Program-made: the position numbers and the translations under genes
The notes under the pieces: generated by a model
Databases searched by the model: none
The model's input: the letters and a program-made list of their open reading frames with translations, nothing else
What the model was told of the DNA's origin: nothing
IMG/VR virus record: IMGVR_UViG_3300026159_000398
From: a virus
Taxonomy: Duplodnaviria; Caudoviricetes
Direction: 5' to 3' (one strand)
Length of the DNA: 64,000 nucleotides
Shown: piece after piece, positions 1 to 9,965 of the stretch
Position numbering within the stretch: position 1 is the stretch's first letter
Layout of the letters: every line of letters begins with the position of its first letter

Positions 1-601
1 TGCCAAATTTATATCTTGCCAAAAGAGCACCAGCGGCGCTGAAGAGGTTCAGATATACTGTGCCTGTGTAAATAAGAGGCGTGTAACCGCGAGGGTTAAC
101 TGCGTTGAGCCAACCAGCACATGCCAGTGTGAGGCCTGCTGGAAGAGTACCAACGCTCTCACCACGAACTTCAGATGAAGTGTAGTAAGGATCTATACCA
201 ACAGGGTATTTTGCAGGTATAGGTGAAACCCACATTTCTTCGTTAGCTGCAGTTTGGCCTTTAAGATTGCTCTTATACCAACGCAGTGTAAAGATTGGAG
301 ATGTAGGAGTAGGCATTGCTTGTGTACCAACAAGTTCCAAACCAACCATTTGTGGAATGGCACGTGCGATCAAGCCAAGCAGAGCCAGGTTAACACCAGT
401 GAAGGCTGATGTTTGCACTTGGTCTTCAGCGATCAGCGATGGGTTTTCTTGAAGGTGAGTCATGTAGTTTTCAAGAAGAATCGCGGTCGTGCGAGCCATG
501 TGCTCGTCAGAAATACCGTTAACTTTGAGAGCTTTCTCCCATTTCTTAACGAGTGCTTCTTCCATCTGACGACGGGCTTCATAAGCTTCGTTATAAATCA
601 T
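1..601 (-). CDS. major capsid protein (T4 gp23-like), N-terminal part; runs off the window edge
   Basis: Manual translation from ATG at 601 (GGAGG SD upstream): MIYNEAYEARRQMEEALVKKWEKAL..TAILLEN..LIARAIPQMVGLELVGTQAMPTPTSPIFTLR, typical of gp23-family N-termini; follows scaffold and protease genes. Not in the ORF track because it is truncated. Confidence 0.9.
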   Translation of the reverse strand, partial: MIYNEAYEARRQMEEALVKKWEKALKVNGISDEHMARTTAILLENYMTHLQENPSLIAEDQVQTSAFTGVNLALLGLIARAIPQMVGLELVGTQAMPTPTSPIFTLRWYKSNLKGQTAANEEMWVSPIPAKYPVGIDPYYTSSEVRGESVGTLPAGLTLACAGWLNAVNPRGYTPLIYTGTVYLNLFSAAGALLARYKFG

Positions 602-630
602 TGATGATTCCTCCGTTTAAATTTAAACGC

Positions 631-1554
631 TTATTTAAAAATTTTATCTATAATAGCAGCTGTCTTTTGGTCGATTGGCGCTATTTCACGCTTTCCATCG
701 ACTTCTTCCAAGATGGAACGAAATACAGGTTTGCCATCTTCAGATTTCTTAGTTTGTGTTTCTTCTGTGATTGGGGTTTGTTCTTCTTTTGTTGCTCCAG
801 CTTCTTCAGTTACGGGTTTCGTTTCTTCGGCTGGTTTTGTTTTTCTTGCGAAACGTTTTTCACCATCTTCACTTTTGGTTCCAACAGCAAGTTTAGTTTC
901 AAGCATTTCAACGATAGTATTGAATCTTTCAATAACTTCGTCTTCATCTTTTCCAGCTGAAATAAATTCTTCAACAGTTTCAACATAGTCAGCTGGTATA
1001 TCTTTTAACAGAGTGGTAATAGCATTCTGTTTAGCAAGCAATTTGATTTCTTCATCTTTCTTTTCAGTTTCTTCACTGAGTGATTTGATCTTTGCTACGA
1101 GATCATGATCGGTGTCTTCAAGCAACGGCAGAACAAGATTCTTAAGTTGTTGAATGGTTTTATATTCTTTAGATTCCATGAAGTCTTTTTTAACTCTATC
1201 AGAAACTTCATCATAAATTTCTTGAAGAGCAACTGCCATGTTTTCTGTGTATGTCTTTTGAACATCATCAATTCCGAGTTTGAAAGCTTCTTCAGCATCT
1301 TCTTCGAAAAGACCAAATGCTTTTTCAGCATCGTTTTCAAAAAGATCAAAAGCAGCTTCACAATCAGATTCAAAAAGTGCGAATGCTTTTTCAGCATCAG
1401 CTTTAAGAATATATTTTTCGGTGTCAACACCTTCCATGTATTTCTTTTCAATAGCGGCGACTGTAGTTGTCTTCCAATCTTCAAAGAACTTGTCAAGTGC
1501 TTTAACTTGATCTTCGGTAAGTTCTATACCTTTAAGGGCTTCAAGAATTTCCAT
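631..1554 (-). CDS. prohead core/scaffold protein (gp22-like)
   Basis: Acidic helical protein with AF-x-LFE repeats, directly upstream of the capsid gene; GGAGG SD before ATG 1554. Confidence 0.7.
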   Translation of the reverse strand: MEILEALKGIELTEDQVKALDKFFEDWKTTTVAAIEKKYMEGVDTEKYILKADAEKAFALFESDCEAAFDLFENDAEKAFGLFEEDAEEAFKLGIDDVQKTYTENMAVALQEIYDEVSDRVKKDFMESKEYKTIQQLKNLVLPLLEDTDHDLVAKIKSLSEETEKKDEEIKLLAKQNAITTLLKDIPADYVETVEEFISAGKDEDEVIERFNTIVEMLETKLAVGTKSEDGEKRFARKTKPAEETKPVTEEAGATKEEQTPITEETQTKKSEDGKPVFRSILEEVDGKREIAPIDQKTAAIIDKIFK

Positions 1555-1620
1555 TCTTATTCCTCCATTAATGTCGTCATTTATATATTTGCATAAATGC
1601 AATTTCTATATCAAAAAAAA

Positions 1621-2178
1621 TTAAATACAATCGCTTTTCTTTAGATTTTCTTCAGCCCACAATGGTTGAAGATTGGTGAAATGGAAGCATGATTTTTGTT
1701 GATTAAAATCTTCTAAATCAAAACTAGCACATGGTTTTATATGATCAACGTGCCATTTTCCATAATTTTCTTTTGTCATACCTGGTTGAAATTGAGATTC
1801 AAGATGTTGCCATAATTCTTCAACAGAACAACCGAGTAAATCTAGAGTTTGAGAAGCTTTAGTTTTTCCTTTTAAAGCTGAGTAAAGTCTATTTCGTAAA
1901 TAACACGAAATTTTAAAATTAGGATTATTGTTTCTTTTTGCTTTATTATATACTTTTTGGTAACAATTATTACTACAAAATTTTTGATATGATTTTGTGG
2001 CGACAAATTCTTTATCGCAAACAATACATTTTGTTTTTGGTTTCAAAGATTTAAGTTGTAGTTTTTTATCTAAGTGTAATTTTTTATAACCTGCTATACT
2101 GCAGTCTGTGCCACAATATTTTTGGTATGATTTATTAGTGGTAAAATCTTTACCACAAATTAAGCACCGTTTGACCAT
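1621..2178 (-). CDS. HNH homing endonuclease with two Cys4 zinc-ribbon repeats
   Basis: WHVDHIKPC..NLQPLWAEENLKK HNH motif; CxxC..YC/FC repeats. Confidence 0.85.
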   Translation of the reverse strand: MVKRCLICGKDFTTNKSYQKYCGTDCSIAGYKKLHLDKKLQLKSLKPKTKCIVCDKEFVATKSYQKFCSNNCYQKVYNKAKRNNNPNFKISCYLRNRLYSALKGKTKASQTLDLLGCSVEELWQHLESQFQPGMTKENYGKWHVDHIKPCASFDLEDFNQQKSCFHFTNLQPLWAEENLKKSDCI

Positions 2179-2481
2179 TTACTTTTTTTTGCCTTTCGCT
2201 TTGTCTGCTTCGACGCCCTTATCTTCAGGCTTTACTTTGGCATTAAGCTTCTGTTGTTCAACAGCTGCCTTACGATCATCATCACTGTTGAATTCTCCAC
2301 GTCCTTTGCAAACTGGACAAACTGCGTTGTCTTCTTTTTCAAGTTTGCCATAGCCCTTGCAGTTAGGGCAAGGAAATGCTGTATGACTTGCATTGCCGTC
2401 AAGTTTTTCTTCTTTTTTGGCAGCTTTCTTTGCGGCCTTTTTCTTTTTTGCTTCTTCAAGATAAAAATTAAAGTCTTTCAT
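2179..2481 (-). CDS. small basic protein with DnaJ-type zinc finger; putative head internal protein
   Basis: CPNCKGYG / CPVCKGRG; N-terminus MKDFNFYLEE. Confidence 0.6.
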   Translation of the reverse strand: MKDFNFYLEEAKKKKAAKKAAKKEEKLDGNASHTAFPCPNCKGYGKLEKEDNAVCPVCKGRGEFNSDDDRKAAVEQQKLNAKVKPEDKGVEADKAKGKKK

Positions 2482-2843
2482 TATTTTATGTCCTCATCTC
2501 CTTCGGTTTGAGCGGCTTTTTTAGCAGCTTGAATTATTTCTTCGCGTTTATTGGTTAAAAATGTTCTTGCGGTTACTTCAAGTTGATCTGTCAATTGGTC
2601 CATCATTTCACGACCAGCAATAGAGATCAAATATTCACCAAGTTCTTTTGGTGATATGTGTCCTTTACCATCAAGAAAAATGTTTTCCATAATGAGGTCG
2701 AGTTGTGCAAAGCGACCTTCATGACCAAGATAACCACCGACATTATCACCACGAAGATATGTAGCAATTCCTTTCTGTACTCTTTCAGACAGAAAACCTT
2801 TGCCAATATGCACTTGTTCAAGATATTGTTTGAATGTTCTCAT
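2481..2843 (-). CDS. putative head internal protein
   Basis: N-terminus MRTFKQYLEQ; part of the coupled head operon. Confidence 0.55.
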   Translation of the reverse strand: MRTFKQYLEQVHIGKGFLSERVQKGIATYLRGDNVGGYLGHEGRFAQLDLIMENIFLDGKGHISPKELGEYLISIAGREMMDQLTDQLEVTARTFLTNKREEIIQAAKKAAQTEGDEDIK

Positions 2844-2855
2844 AAATAATCCTTC

Positions 2856-3353
2856 TTAGAATTCTTGCTGTTCGGCTGTGTCGCGTTTTTCTTTTGCCAT
2901 CTTTTGGATTGGTTGTTCTTCAGATTCAGGTTCTCCTGTAGTTTCAGTCTCTTCAGGAACTTCAGAATTCTCTTCTCCTCCAAAAGACTTGTTCATATCT
3001 GCATCAACATTTACCGGTCCTTGCATTTTAAAACCACTTTCTTTGACTTGGTCCATAGCCGCTTTCATGATAGATTTAATCATGAAATCGCGTTGCTCAT
3101 TGTCCATTGGTTCATCAAAGTAGTCATTATATTTTTCAATAACTTCTTGAAGGTTCTTACCAGACAATTTAAGAAAAACTTTCTTGCCGTCTTTCTTACC
3201 ACTGAGTTCAAGGGAAATGCCAGCATCACCAGACATAACCATATTCATAAAGTCTTCAATATTCTTGAATTTAACTGTACGAACTTGATTGCCTTCACAA
3301 AAACTTTTCAATTCAGAAGGCATAACATCTTCTAAGTATTTGCCGAAACCCAT
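2856..3353 (-). CDS. putative head internal protein
   Basis: N-terminus MGFGKYLED; acidic C-terminus. Confidence 0.55.
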   Translation of the reverse strand: MGFGKYLEDVMPSELKSFCEGNQVRTVKFKNIEDFMNMVMSGDAGISLELSGKKDGKKVFLKLSGKNLQEVIEKYNDYFDEPMDNEQRDFMIKSIMKAAMDQVKESGFKMQGPVNVDADMNKSFGGEENSEVPEETETTGEPESEEQPIQKMAKEKRDTAEQQEF

Positions 3354-3607
3354 TATTTGACTCCTTTAAAATGAGCATTAACATAATTCACTGCAGCTTT
3401 CTCAGCTTCATCAGGGTCTTTATGTTGTTTCAGCATCGCAGCTCGCGCGGCATTTATAAGATCATTTCTTGATTTTCCGGCTTTTACCATTCCATCAAGA
3501 GTGGTTTTTAAATTGCCACCTTGAACAGCTGCATTTGTCTTTTCTTGTGTTGGCGCAGCCTTCATTTCTTGAGAAGACATTGCTTCGAGATATTCTTTCA
3601 AATTCAT
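3353..3607 (-). CDS. putative head internal protein
   Basis: N-terminus MNLKEYLEA; stop/start overlap with neighbours. Confidence 0.55.
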   Translation of the reverse strand: MNLKEYLEAMSSQEMKAAPTQEKTNAAVQGGNLKTTLDGMVKAGKSRNDLINAARAAMLKQHKDPDEAEKAAVNYVNAHFKGVK

Positions 3608-3825
3608 TATTTGTCGCCTCTCATATAACGTTCTTTAACATGCGCATCATCAATCAAAAGGTTGAGTTCTTTGCGAATTGTCGCCATTATTTGATCGATT
3701 TGTTCTTCATAATCTTCATGATCAATTTCATTAGCTGAATCAAAAATTATTTCAGCTAAATCTTTTTCATCAAAATCAAACTTCTTTTTTCCTGCCATTT
3801 CAAGATAATCATTAAATGCTTTCAT
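3607..3825 (-). CDS. putative head internal protein
   Basis: N-terminus MKAFNDYLEM. Confidence 0.55.
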   Translation of the reverse strand: MKAFNDYLEMAGKKKFDFDEKDLAEIIFDSANEIDHEDYEEQIDQIMATIRKELNLLIDDAHVKERYMRGDK

Positions 3826-4394
3826 TATTCAGCTCCATGCTTTTTCATTGCTTGTCTAGCTAAACTAATTTTTCTTTTTGCTTCTTCAGAATGTTTTCTT
3901 CCAAACATACCATTTTTAGAACCTTTAATATCTCGTTTAGCCATTCCATCTTTATATCGTGTTTGATAATTTTCATCATCAATTCGTTTAGAACATGCTA
4001 TTTTTATATTTAATCTTGTTTCTGATGAGCGTTTTTTACCTTTATTACCACGACGAATTTTTTCTTTATGTTCATCGGTTAAAGTTTTTCCAGTAAAAGT
4101 ATCACCACCATCTCCACCGGGAGTCATATTATAACCACTATTTTTAGAATTAAAAAATTTAATAAAATGTTTTTCTAAATTTGCTAATGTGACTTTATCA
4201 TTTATTTGGTCTTTGATAATTTCAAATCTAAAATTATCAATTCCATGTTTTCTTAAAGCACGAATAATATGTCTTTGACTATTTGTTTCATCAACTTCAT
4301 GTTGATATCTTTTAAATAATTGTCTTTCAGAACCAACATATTTTCCTATATATTTATTATTGGTTTCTGGATTAGTAAAACAATAAATAAACAT
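3825..4394 (-). CDS. GIY-YIG homing endonuclease with NUMOD3 repeats
   Basis: FIYCF..KYIG, GYNMTPGG, HSEEAKRKIS motifs. Confidence 0.85.
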   Translation of the reverse strand: MFIYCFTNPETNNKYIGKYVGSERQLFKRYQHEVDETNSQRHIIRALRKHGIDNFRFEIIKDQINDKVTLANLEKHFIKFFNSKNSGYNMTPGGDGGDTFTGKTLTDEHKEKIRRGNKGKKRSSETRLNIKIACSKRIDDENYQTRYKDGMAKRDIKGSKNGMFGRKHSEEAKRKISLARQAMKKHGAE

Positions 4395-5068
4395 TATATT
4401 TTCGAATGTTTCTCACTTAAAGAAATTAACACTTCCCAAAGTTGACGTTTAGGATGCTTCAACGATTCAAGGAACATGACTTCTTCGTGGAATGCTTGTT
4501 CGAGAATAGCGTTGTGTGTGCTAGGGTCAGTTACAAAGTCGTAGCAAATCATTTGGTAGCTTTCAGGCACATAGAGATAATTGCCTTGCATGATTGGGTC
4601 GCCGCCCATTCCGCGTGAAGAAACAGCAGGACGGAATCCTTTGCGAACGAAAGCAGCGAGTTTGTCGCCTGTGCCGTAGTCGCCAGTAATAACTATTGCT
4701 TTACCATAAACAACTCCACCATTCATTTCAAGTGCCGTTGTAAGAGCACATGCGTTCTCAAGGCCAATGCGTTTGATTTGCTGCATTTGAATTTGAGGAG
4801 GGTCAGTTGGTTTTGGCATTGGGTGGTCCATTCCCATTGGGTGACCGTTTCTCATCTTAATAGAATCACGAAGTTTGTTGGTTTCGCGTTGCAGCAATGC
4901 TTCACTGTAAATTCTATTATTCTTATTTGGCTTTTCGGCTCTTTGGAATTCGCCCTCAAGAGTAATCAGCTGAGCAGGCTTTCCTTTGACTTCAATTGTT
5001 TCTTCATTAAAGCCAAACTTATCAGATACCCAAGCATCCGAAATATATGGTCTCATTATTGCTTCCAT
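4394..5068 (-). CDS. prohead protease (T4 gp21-like)
   Basis: EGEFQRAE..NKNNRIYS, DHP, VSSRGMG, YDFVTDPS motifs. Confidence 0.9.
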   Translation of the reverse strand: MEAIMRPYISDAWVSDKFGFNEETIEVKGKPAQLITLEGEFQRAEKPNKNNRIYSEALLQRETNKLRDSIKMRNGHPMGMDHPMPKPTDPPQIQMQQIKRIGLENACALTTALEMNGGVVYGKAIVITGDYGTGDKLAAFVRKGFRPAVSSRGMGGDPIMQGNYLYVPESYQMICYDFVTDPSTHNAILEQAFHEEVMFLESLKHPKRQLWEVLISLSEKHSKI

Positions 5069-5406
5069 TACTTTTTACCTTCTTCTTCTGACTTAAGAAC
5101 TTGAGGAACTACTTTTCTGAGAACATCAATAATATGCTTTGGTGTATCGACGTCAGGAGTTACCAATTCATCATTGATATAAACCAAATCATTCTCAAGA
5201 TCGATGTCAACTTTATCATCACCAATTTTAATTGATTTATAGTTTGGTGTTTTTTCTTCAGTTGGAGATGCATCCATTTCTTCTGGTGTCTGTGGTAATC
5301 CTTCTTTTGGAGGAGGAGTGGTTGTGCCAGCTTCTAAGAAAGCATGGATGCCGCTCGTCTTACGATCAAAAACGCCGGCTATTTGTTCTTCGGTATATTG
5401 TTTCAT
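5068..5406 (-). CDS. hypothetical head-associated protein; N-terminus paralogous to 5403-5674
   Basis: MKQYTEEQIAGVFDRKTSGIHAFLEA versus MKTYTDEQIAQIFGHKTSGVQKYLEA. Confidence 0.6.
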   Translation of the reverse strand: MKQYTEEQIAGVFDRKTSGIHAFLEAGTTTPPPKEGLPQTPEEMDASPTEEKTPNYKSIKIGDDKVDIDLENDLVYINDELVTPDVDTPKHIIDVLRKVVPQVLKSEEEGKK

Positions 5407-5674
5407 TTGTCTTCCACTTCTTCATCAGCAGCTATGGCTTCATCAACAGCTTGCATAATAACACGCACAAGTTCTTCTTTACCAGGACGTTCGCCTTTAT
5501 ATTGAGGGCCGAAAACACCCGTGATAATATCAGCAACTTCAGTTCTTACTTGTTCCCAAAGTTCTGCTTGCCAATCTTCTTTTTTTCTTCTTCAGCAGCT
5601 TCAAGATACTTTTGAACGCCACTAGTTTTGTGGCCAAAGATTTGAGCTATTTGTTCGTCAGTATATGTTTTCAT
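5403..5674 (-). CDS. frameshifted head-associated protein (-1 shift at A_AAA_AAG)
   Basis: Frame 0 stops at 5546 (42 aa); the -1 frame continues EDWQAELWEQ..VEDK to a TGA that overlaps the next ATG. Confidence 0.6.
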
Positions 5675-5747
5675 TTATAATATCCAAAAATAAATTTTTA
5701 ATAAAAGAACTAAACTATGCCAGAAACTCCAAAGGAACTTCCAGATG

Positions 5748-6959
5748 TTATTCTTTTGCTGGTCCTGCACTAACCTCGAAACCTTGCTTGTGACCAACTT
5801 TTTGTTGTGCGCGATCTTTCCAAGCCAATTGTTTTGTAGCATCGTCAAAATCCTTTTGAAGATCTTTTGCAAATCTTGTGTTGAAGCTTTCGACAATCTC
5901 AGCAATTAAGTGGTCATTGATTTGCTGGCTATTATACATGTATTCGAGTTTCATTTTAATATCAGACATGAACATCATATCTTCTTCGTTATAATCACCA
6001 ACGCGACTCCATGCTTCATTAACTTCATTGATCATGGTACGAACATCATCAAGAGAGAAGACGCCCATTTTGAAGCGAAGGAATTTTGGAGTGTATTTAT
6101 TATCTTTTGCAAGATTGTAAATAGCAGGCATTGGGGCGCCGCCGATAGGAAGCATGTTGTTTTCAAATAGAGAAACAAGCTTGCTGCTGGCGTCTTTAAG
6201 ATCAAAGTCTTCGTTCATTTGTTTAAGGCTAACCAGAGTTTTTGTAACTCCAACTTTGATATTCTTTGAGAAGTCGATGCTTTCAAAGAATTTTGCTGCG
6301 AGCTTTTCGTCACCAAGAATCATGAGTGCTTCTTTTTGAACTTTATCAAAGATCGCTGCATCAGCGGAGAATTTCTCGTATGCTTCGTCAGTTTGTTTCA
6401 GCATCTCAAGAATCTCACCTCTTTCAAGAATTTCACCTTCAATAAGGTCATCATTCTCGTCGAAGAGATTGATTGCTTTTTTGAATTCAGCTTCTTCTTG
6501 GTAATATGCTTGCATCTTTTTGCCGAAGTTTTTAACCAAAGAGACAACATATTTATCAGAATCACGATTATCTATAATCGCGGTTACTTCTTCATTGATT
6601 GCAGTAACATCAACAGTTGGAAGATTGCGAATAGTGTCTTTCAGAGCGTCGATTGCATCATCAAGATTTTCTTCTGCGAAGATATTTTTGATGTTGGTTT
6701 GAAGAACATCACAATTCTCTTTGAATTCTTCAATTTTTTGTTGGCCTTTTTTGGCTTTCTTTTTCTTTTCTGTTAAAGCCTTTTTGCCTTTGGTTTTGAA
6801 GACCATTCCACAATCGCTTTCTTCATATTCGATTTCGAACATTTGTTCGGTTTCGGTGTTCTGAATGCAGACTTTGCCGTCTTCAAGAATAGAAACGAAC
6901 TTTGTCTTTGGGAAAGCTTCGACTGCAGATTTTATTTTTTCAAGTTGTTCAAAAGTCAT
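5748..6959 (-). CDS. hypothetical helical protein (likely virion/head)
   Basis: Long ORF; GAGGAG SD before ATG 6959; AATATAAT promoter motif at ~6997. Confidence 0.6.
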   Translation of the reverse strand: MTFEQLEKIKSAVEAFPKTKFVSILEDGKVCIQNTETEQMFEIEYEESDCGMVFKTKGKKALTEKKKKAKKGQQKIEEFKENCDVLQTNIKNIFAEENLDDAIDALKDTIRNLPTVDVTAINEEVTAIIDNRDSDKYVVSLVKNFGKKMQAYYQEEAEFKKAINLFDENDDLIEGEILERGEILEMLKQTDEAYEKFSADAAIFDKVQKEALMILGDEKLAAKFFESIDFSKNIKVGVTKTLVSLKQMNEDFDLKDASSKLVSLFENNMLPIGGAPMPAIYNLAKDNKYTPKFLRFKMGVFSLDDVRTMINEVNEAWSRVGDYNEEDMMFMSDIKMKLEYMYNSQQINDHLIAEIVESFNTRFAKDLQKDFDDATKQLAWKDRAQQKVGHKQGFEVSAGPAKE

Positions 6960-6996
6960 TTGAGTTCTCCTCTGGTTATTTACCTTATTGATTGAA

Positions 6997-7578
6997 TTAT
7001 ATTCCACCTAAGAAATATAATGAAACGATATCCATATCTTCTTTATCAACATCATGATATATAAATTCACCCATCATATCAACTAATTCCTCATAGTCAA
7101 TTTTGTTGCTTTTACAAAATTGTTTTAAAGCAGATGTTGCGGCTGCATGAATTTTTTTTCTAGGAATTAGTTTTTCAATTGCGTCTTGCACTACCTGTAC
7201 TGCATCGTATGCATAATTTTCAATAGGTTCAGGTTCATCTTCTTCATCATCTTCTGATGGTTCAATCATTTTACCTTTGAAAGGCTCAAAAAGCTTTTTG
7301 TCTTTTTTGGGCTTAGTTTTCTTAACTTCATCTTCATCATCATCATCATCATCTTTTGACATTTTAACAACATCAAAATTATGTTGACGTGATTTTTCTA
7401 TAAAATTTTTACGTTGTTCTATTGTATTAAATACATATTTACGGCCATTGATTGATACACCATAACCAGAAGGATTTTTAAAATATTTTATTTCTGGCTC
7501 AGTTTTTTTAGCTTCAAGAATTGCTTTGAAACTTTTATCATCGAACTGTTTAAGAACATCTTCCATTAAAATTTTCAT
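6997..7578 (-). CDS. hypothetical acidic protein
   Basis: ORF in the - strand gene chain; D/E-rich tracts. Confidence 0.55.
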   Translation of the reverse strand: MKILMEDVLKQFDDKSFKAILEAKKTEPEIKYFKNPSGYGVSINGRKYVFNTIEQRKNFIEKSRQHNFDVVKMSKDDDDDDEDEVKKTKPKKDKKLFEPFKGKMIEPSEDDEEDEPEPIENYAYDAVQVVQDAIEKLIPRKKIHAAATSALKQFCKSNKIDYEELVDMMGEFIYHDVDKEDMDIVSLYFLGGI

Positions 7579-7584
7579 TTTTAC

Positions 7585-8154
7585 CTACCAACTGTATGTT
7601 AAAGATAATTGGGCTCCAGCATTCCACAACGATTTGTCCATACTTGTAAAATAAAATGGACCACCACCAAATCCCAAGAAAGGAGTAAAGTGATGAATGT
7701 AGAATATTGAGCCACCAAATATTGGAACGACTTTTCCATCGTATCCGCCCACTCCAACGCCGGGATTAAACATCAAAGTGTGTTTGTAATACAAAACAGG
7801 AACTTGATATTTGTCTTCTTTATATTTGCACATGTTCCACGCTCTGATAGTTGCAAAATTGTTTTGGAGCGTGAACTTCGTAAAAATTTCTGATTGAGCA
7901 CATTTCTTAAAATCGTCGCAATTTTTAGGAACAGGAGGAATATCACCAGCTTTTCCTTTTCCTTTTTTGGGAATTTCTTGTTTTTCACTGCTAACAGCTT
8001 TGGTTATTTTCTTTGTTCCATAAAAACAACCACCAACAAAACTTCCACTTGAAATTGCAATAACTATAATGGCCACAATAAAGTACCATTTGTAGTTTAT
8101 AAGAACTTCTTTTAATCTAACTCCTACACTCTTCTTTTCAGTAATCTCATCCAT
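7585..8154 (-). CDS. membrane protein with N-terminal TM helix and C-terminal beta-strands ending in Trp (spanin candidate)
   Basis: WYFIVAIIVIAIS TM segment; C-terminus NAGAQLSLTYSW. Confidence 0.5.
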   Translation of the reverse strand: MDEITEKKSVGVRLKEVLINYKWYFIVAIIVIAISSGSFVGGCFYGTKKITKAVSSEKQEIPKKGKGKAGDIPPVPKNCDDFKKCAQSEIFTKFTLQNNFATIRAWNMCKYKEDKYQVPVLYYKHTLMFNPGVGVGGYDGKVVPIFGGSIFYIHHFTPFLGFGGGPFYFTSMDKSLWNAGAQLSLTYSW

Positions 8155-8166
8155 GATAGTCTCCTA

Positions 8167-8658
8167 TTATTTTCCTACCGGAGGAGTACCAGCAGGAGGT
8201 GGAGGAGGGCCTTGTTTTCCGGCACCCAACACACTATCAATATAAGATTTGGCTTGATCGACCATTCCCTTGCTCAGTACTTCTCCTTTCTCGTCTGAAC
8301 CAACTTTGTTTTGGCGTTGACGATAAAATGTCGTAATAACAACTGATAACGAAATGATCAAAGACAAAAATGTGACAGAGAATCCTGCAAGATGTTTACC
8401 AATAAGAGCGCCCGCAGAATATACATACACCCAAGAAAGGGCTACTTGACATTCCACAAACGTTACAATTGCAACAAGCACCATAACAAAAAAGAGAATG
8501 GTGATAGTAAGTGATGGTGTTCCTTTAGAGTCTGTGAGATAAAATTGTCTAAGAATGTATTGAACCACATTCTCATTAGTTCCTTTTCTAGGAAAAAAAC
8601 TAAAGAACCCATTCACAATTAGGTCTCTGAACTTTTTGATGATAGTTGATATTTTCAT
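8167..8658 (-). CDS. two-TM membrane protein, holin-like
   Basis: Two long hydrophobic segments and a charged/Pro-rich tail. Confidence 0.45.
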   Translation of the reverse strand: MKISTIIKKFRDLIVNGFFSFFPRKGTNENVVQYILRQFYLTDSKGTPSLTITILFFVMVLVAIVTFVECQVALSWVYVYSAGALIGKHLAGFSVTFLSLIISLSVVITTFYRQRQNKVGSDEKGEVLSKGMVDQAKSYIDSVLGAGKQGPPPPPAGTPPVGK

Positions 8659-8716
8659 AGGCTTTCAGTTAATATATTTAATAAGACACTTAAAAATGTG
8701 TATCTTTTTTTGTCTT

Positions 8717-9124
8717 CTATATCGATTTCGCAACCACTGGTACTTTTAATGATGCAATTGATGCAAAGTGTTTTTTGATATCAGTGGCATTTTGTTTCGT
8801 TTTATCAATGCTTTCACCTACATAAAGCTTTCCATTGAACTTCTGAACCGGTAGAAAACCAGCGACGCTTTTATTGTAATTGACATTTGCTAATTGTGAG
8901 TTCATTTCACCTGTTTTTATAAGCCATCTGCGAATTTCATTATGAAGAACTCCTGCGCCTGCGCTTCTTGTCATAAACAATTTGCCATTGGTAATAATAC
9001 CACGACATTCATCAGGAGTATCAAAAAACTCTTGTTGTGAATCTATTCGTTGCATGAGGCTTTTGCCAAAATTACCTTGAATTTGGCCTTCAAGAATTTC
9101 TTCAATATATTTTTTAAAAATCAT
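8717..9124 (-). CDS. paralog 1 of the RG..LF..H..ES family; putative internal protein
   Basis: ECRGII..KLFM..LHNEI..KFNGKLYVGES. Confidence 0.55.
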   Translation of the reverse strand: MIFKKYIEEILEGQIQGNFGKSLMQRIDSQQEFFDTPDECRGIITNGKLFMTRSAGAGVLHNEIRRWLIKTGEMNSQLANVNYNKSVAGFLPVQKFNGKLYVGESIDKTKQNATDIKKHFASIASLKVPVVAKSI

Positions 9125-9441
9125 AATGGCTCCGTTTTTTGTGTCATGGTCACATGAAATACCATGCCACGAATTACACTTTTATCTTTATTGAGCCATA
9201 AGACATAAATCTTATCTTGTTCTTCTGGAAACATCTTCAGTATGGCACGTCCTTCGTTCTCGGCTTGAATGCATTGACGATACTTCATTATCTCAAGCAT
9301 CTCTTCTGCTGTGAATTCTTCAATGACATGATCGCCACATTTCAATTGAAGCTTATCACATTTGGATTTTTCTAGTGAGTTAGAAGGCTTAAATACAAAT
9401 AGCATACAAATAGTTGCAAATAATACAAATAGTTTTTTCAT
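9121..9441 (-). CDS. hypothetical protein with signal peptide
   Basis: MKKLFVLFATICMLFVF N-terminus. Confidence 0.5.
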   Translation of the reverse strand: MKKLFVLFATICMLFVFKPSNSLEKSKCDKLQLKCGDHVIEEFTAEEMLEIMKYRQCIQAENEGRAILKMFPEEQDKIYVLWLNKDKSVIRGMVFHVTMTQKTEPL

Positions 9442-9965
9442 GAGTCTATTTTCTCCAATATAATTTTGAGTCCTTTGCCACGTAATTTATTAAAACTCGT
9501 TTTGAACATTTTTGCAATTTTAGCTTTATTTTGTGGTCCTTTAAAATGACGCAGCGCATCATAACCATAACTTTCAGAGAGTTTTATTTCATCATTAAAG
9601 TCAACTTGCATCGCCAAGAACTTAACGAACGAAGGGTCCATTTCTGACCATAAATTTAAGAAGTTTTGTTCTCGTTTTATGATGTTGTCTATCATGAGTT
9701 TGCCAATCATTATATAATGAATTGTAGTATCATCACAGACATAATAATCATTTGGCATTATAATGAGGCGATCATTTACTACAACATTACTATTCTTTTT
9801 AACAATCTCTTTTCCAAAACGATTGCGTGAAATAATGTTATTCGCCATCTTGAGCCATTCTGGTAACTCATCTTTTTGAGATGGCTTCACATCAAGAGTA
9901 CCTTTAGCTCTTTCTTCTTTGAATTTCTCAGGCATCCATTCAAGATAGGATTGAAATTTATTCAT
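9438..9965 (-). CDS. paralog 2 (diverged) of the RG..H..ES family
   Basis: MNKFQSYLEW; NDRLII..IHY..KLSESY. Confidence 0.5.
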   Translation of the reverse strand: MNKFQSYLEWMPEKFKEERAKGTLDVKPSQKDELPEWLKMANNIISRNRFGKEIVKKNSNVVVNDRLIIMPNDYYVCDDTTIHYIMIGKLMIDNIIKREQNFLNLWSEMDPSFVKFLAMQVDFNDEIKLSESYGYDALRHFKGPQNKAKIAKMFKTSFNKLRGKGLKIILEKIDS

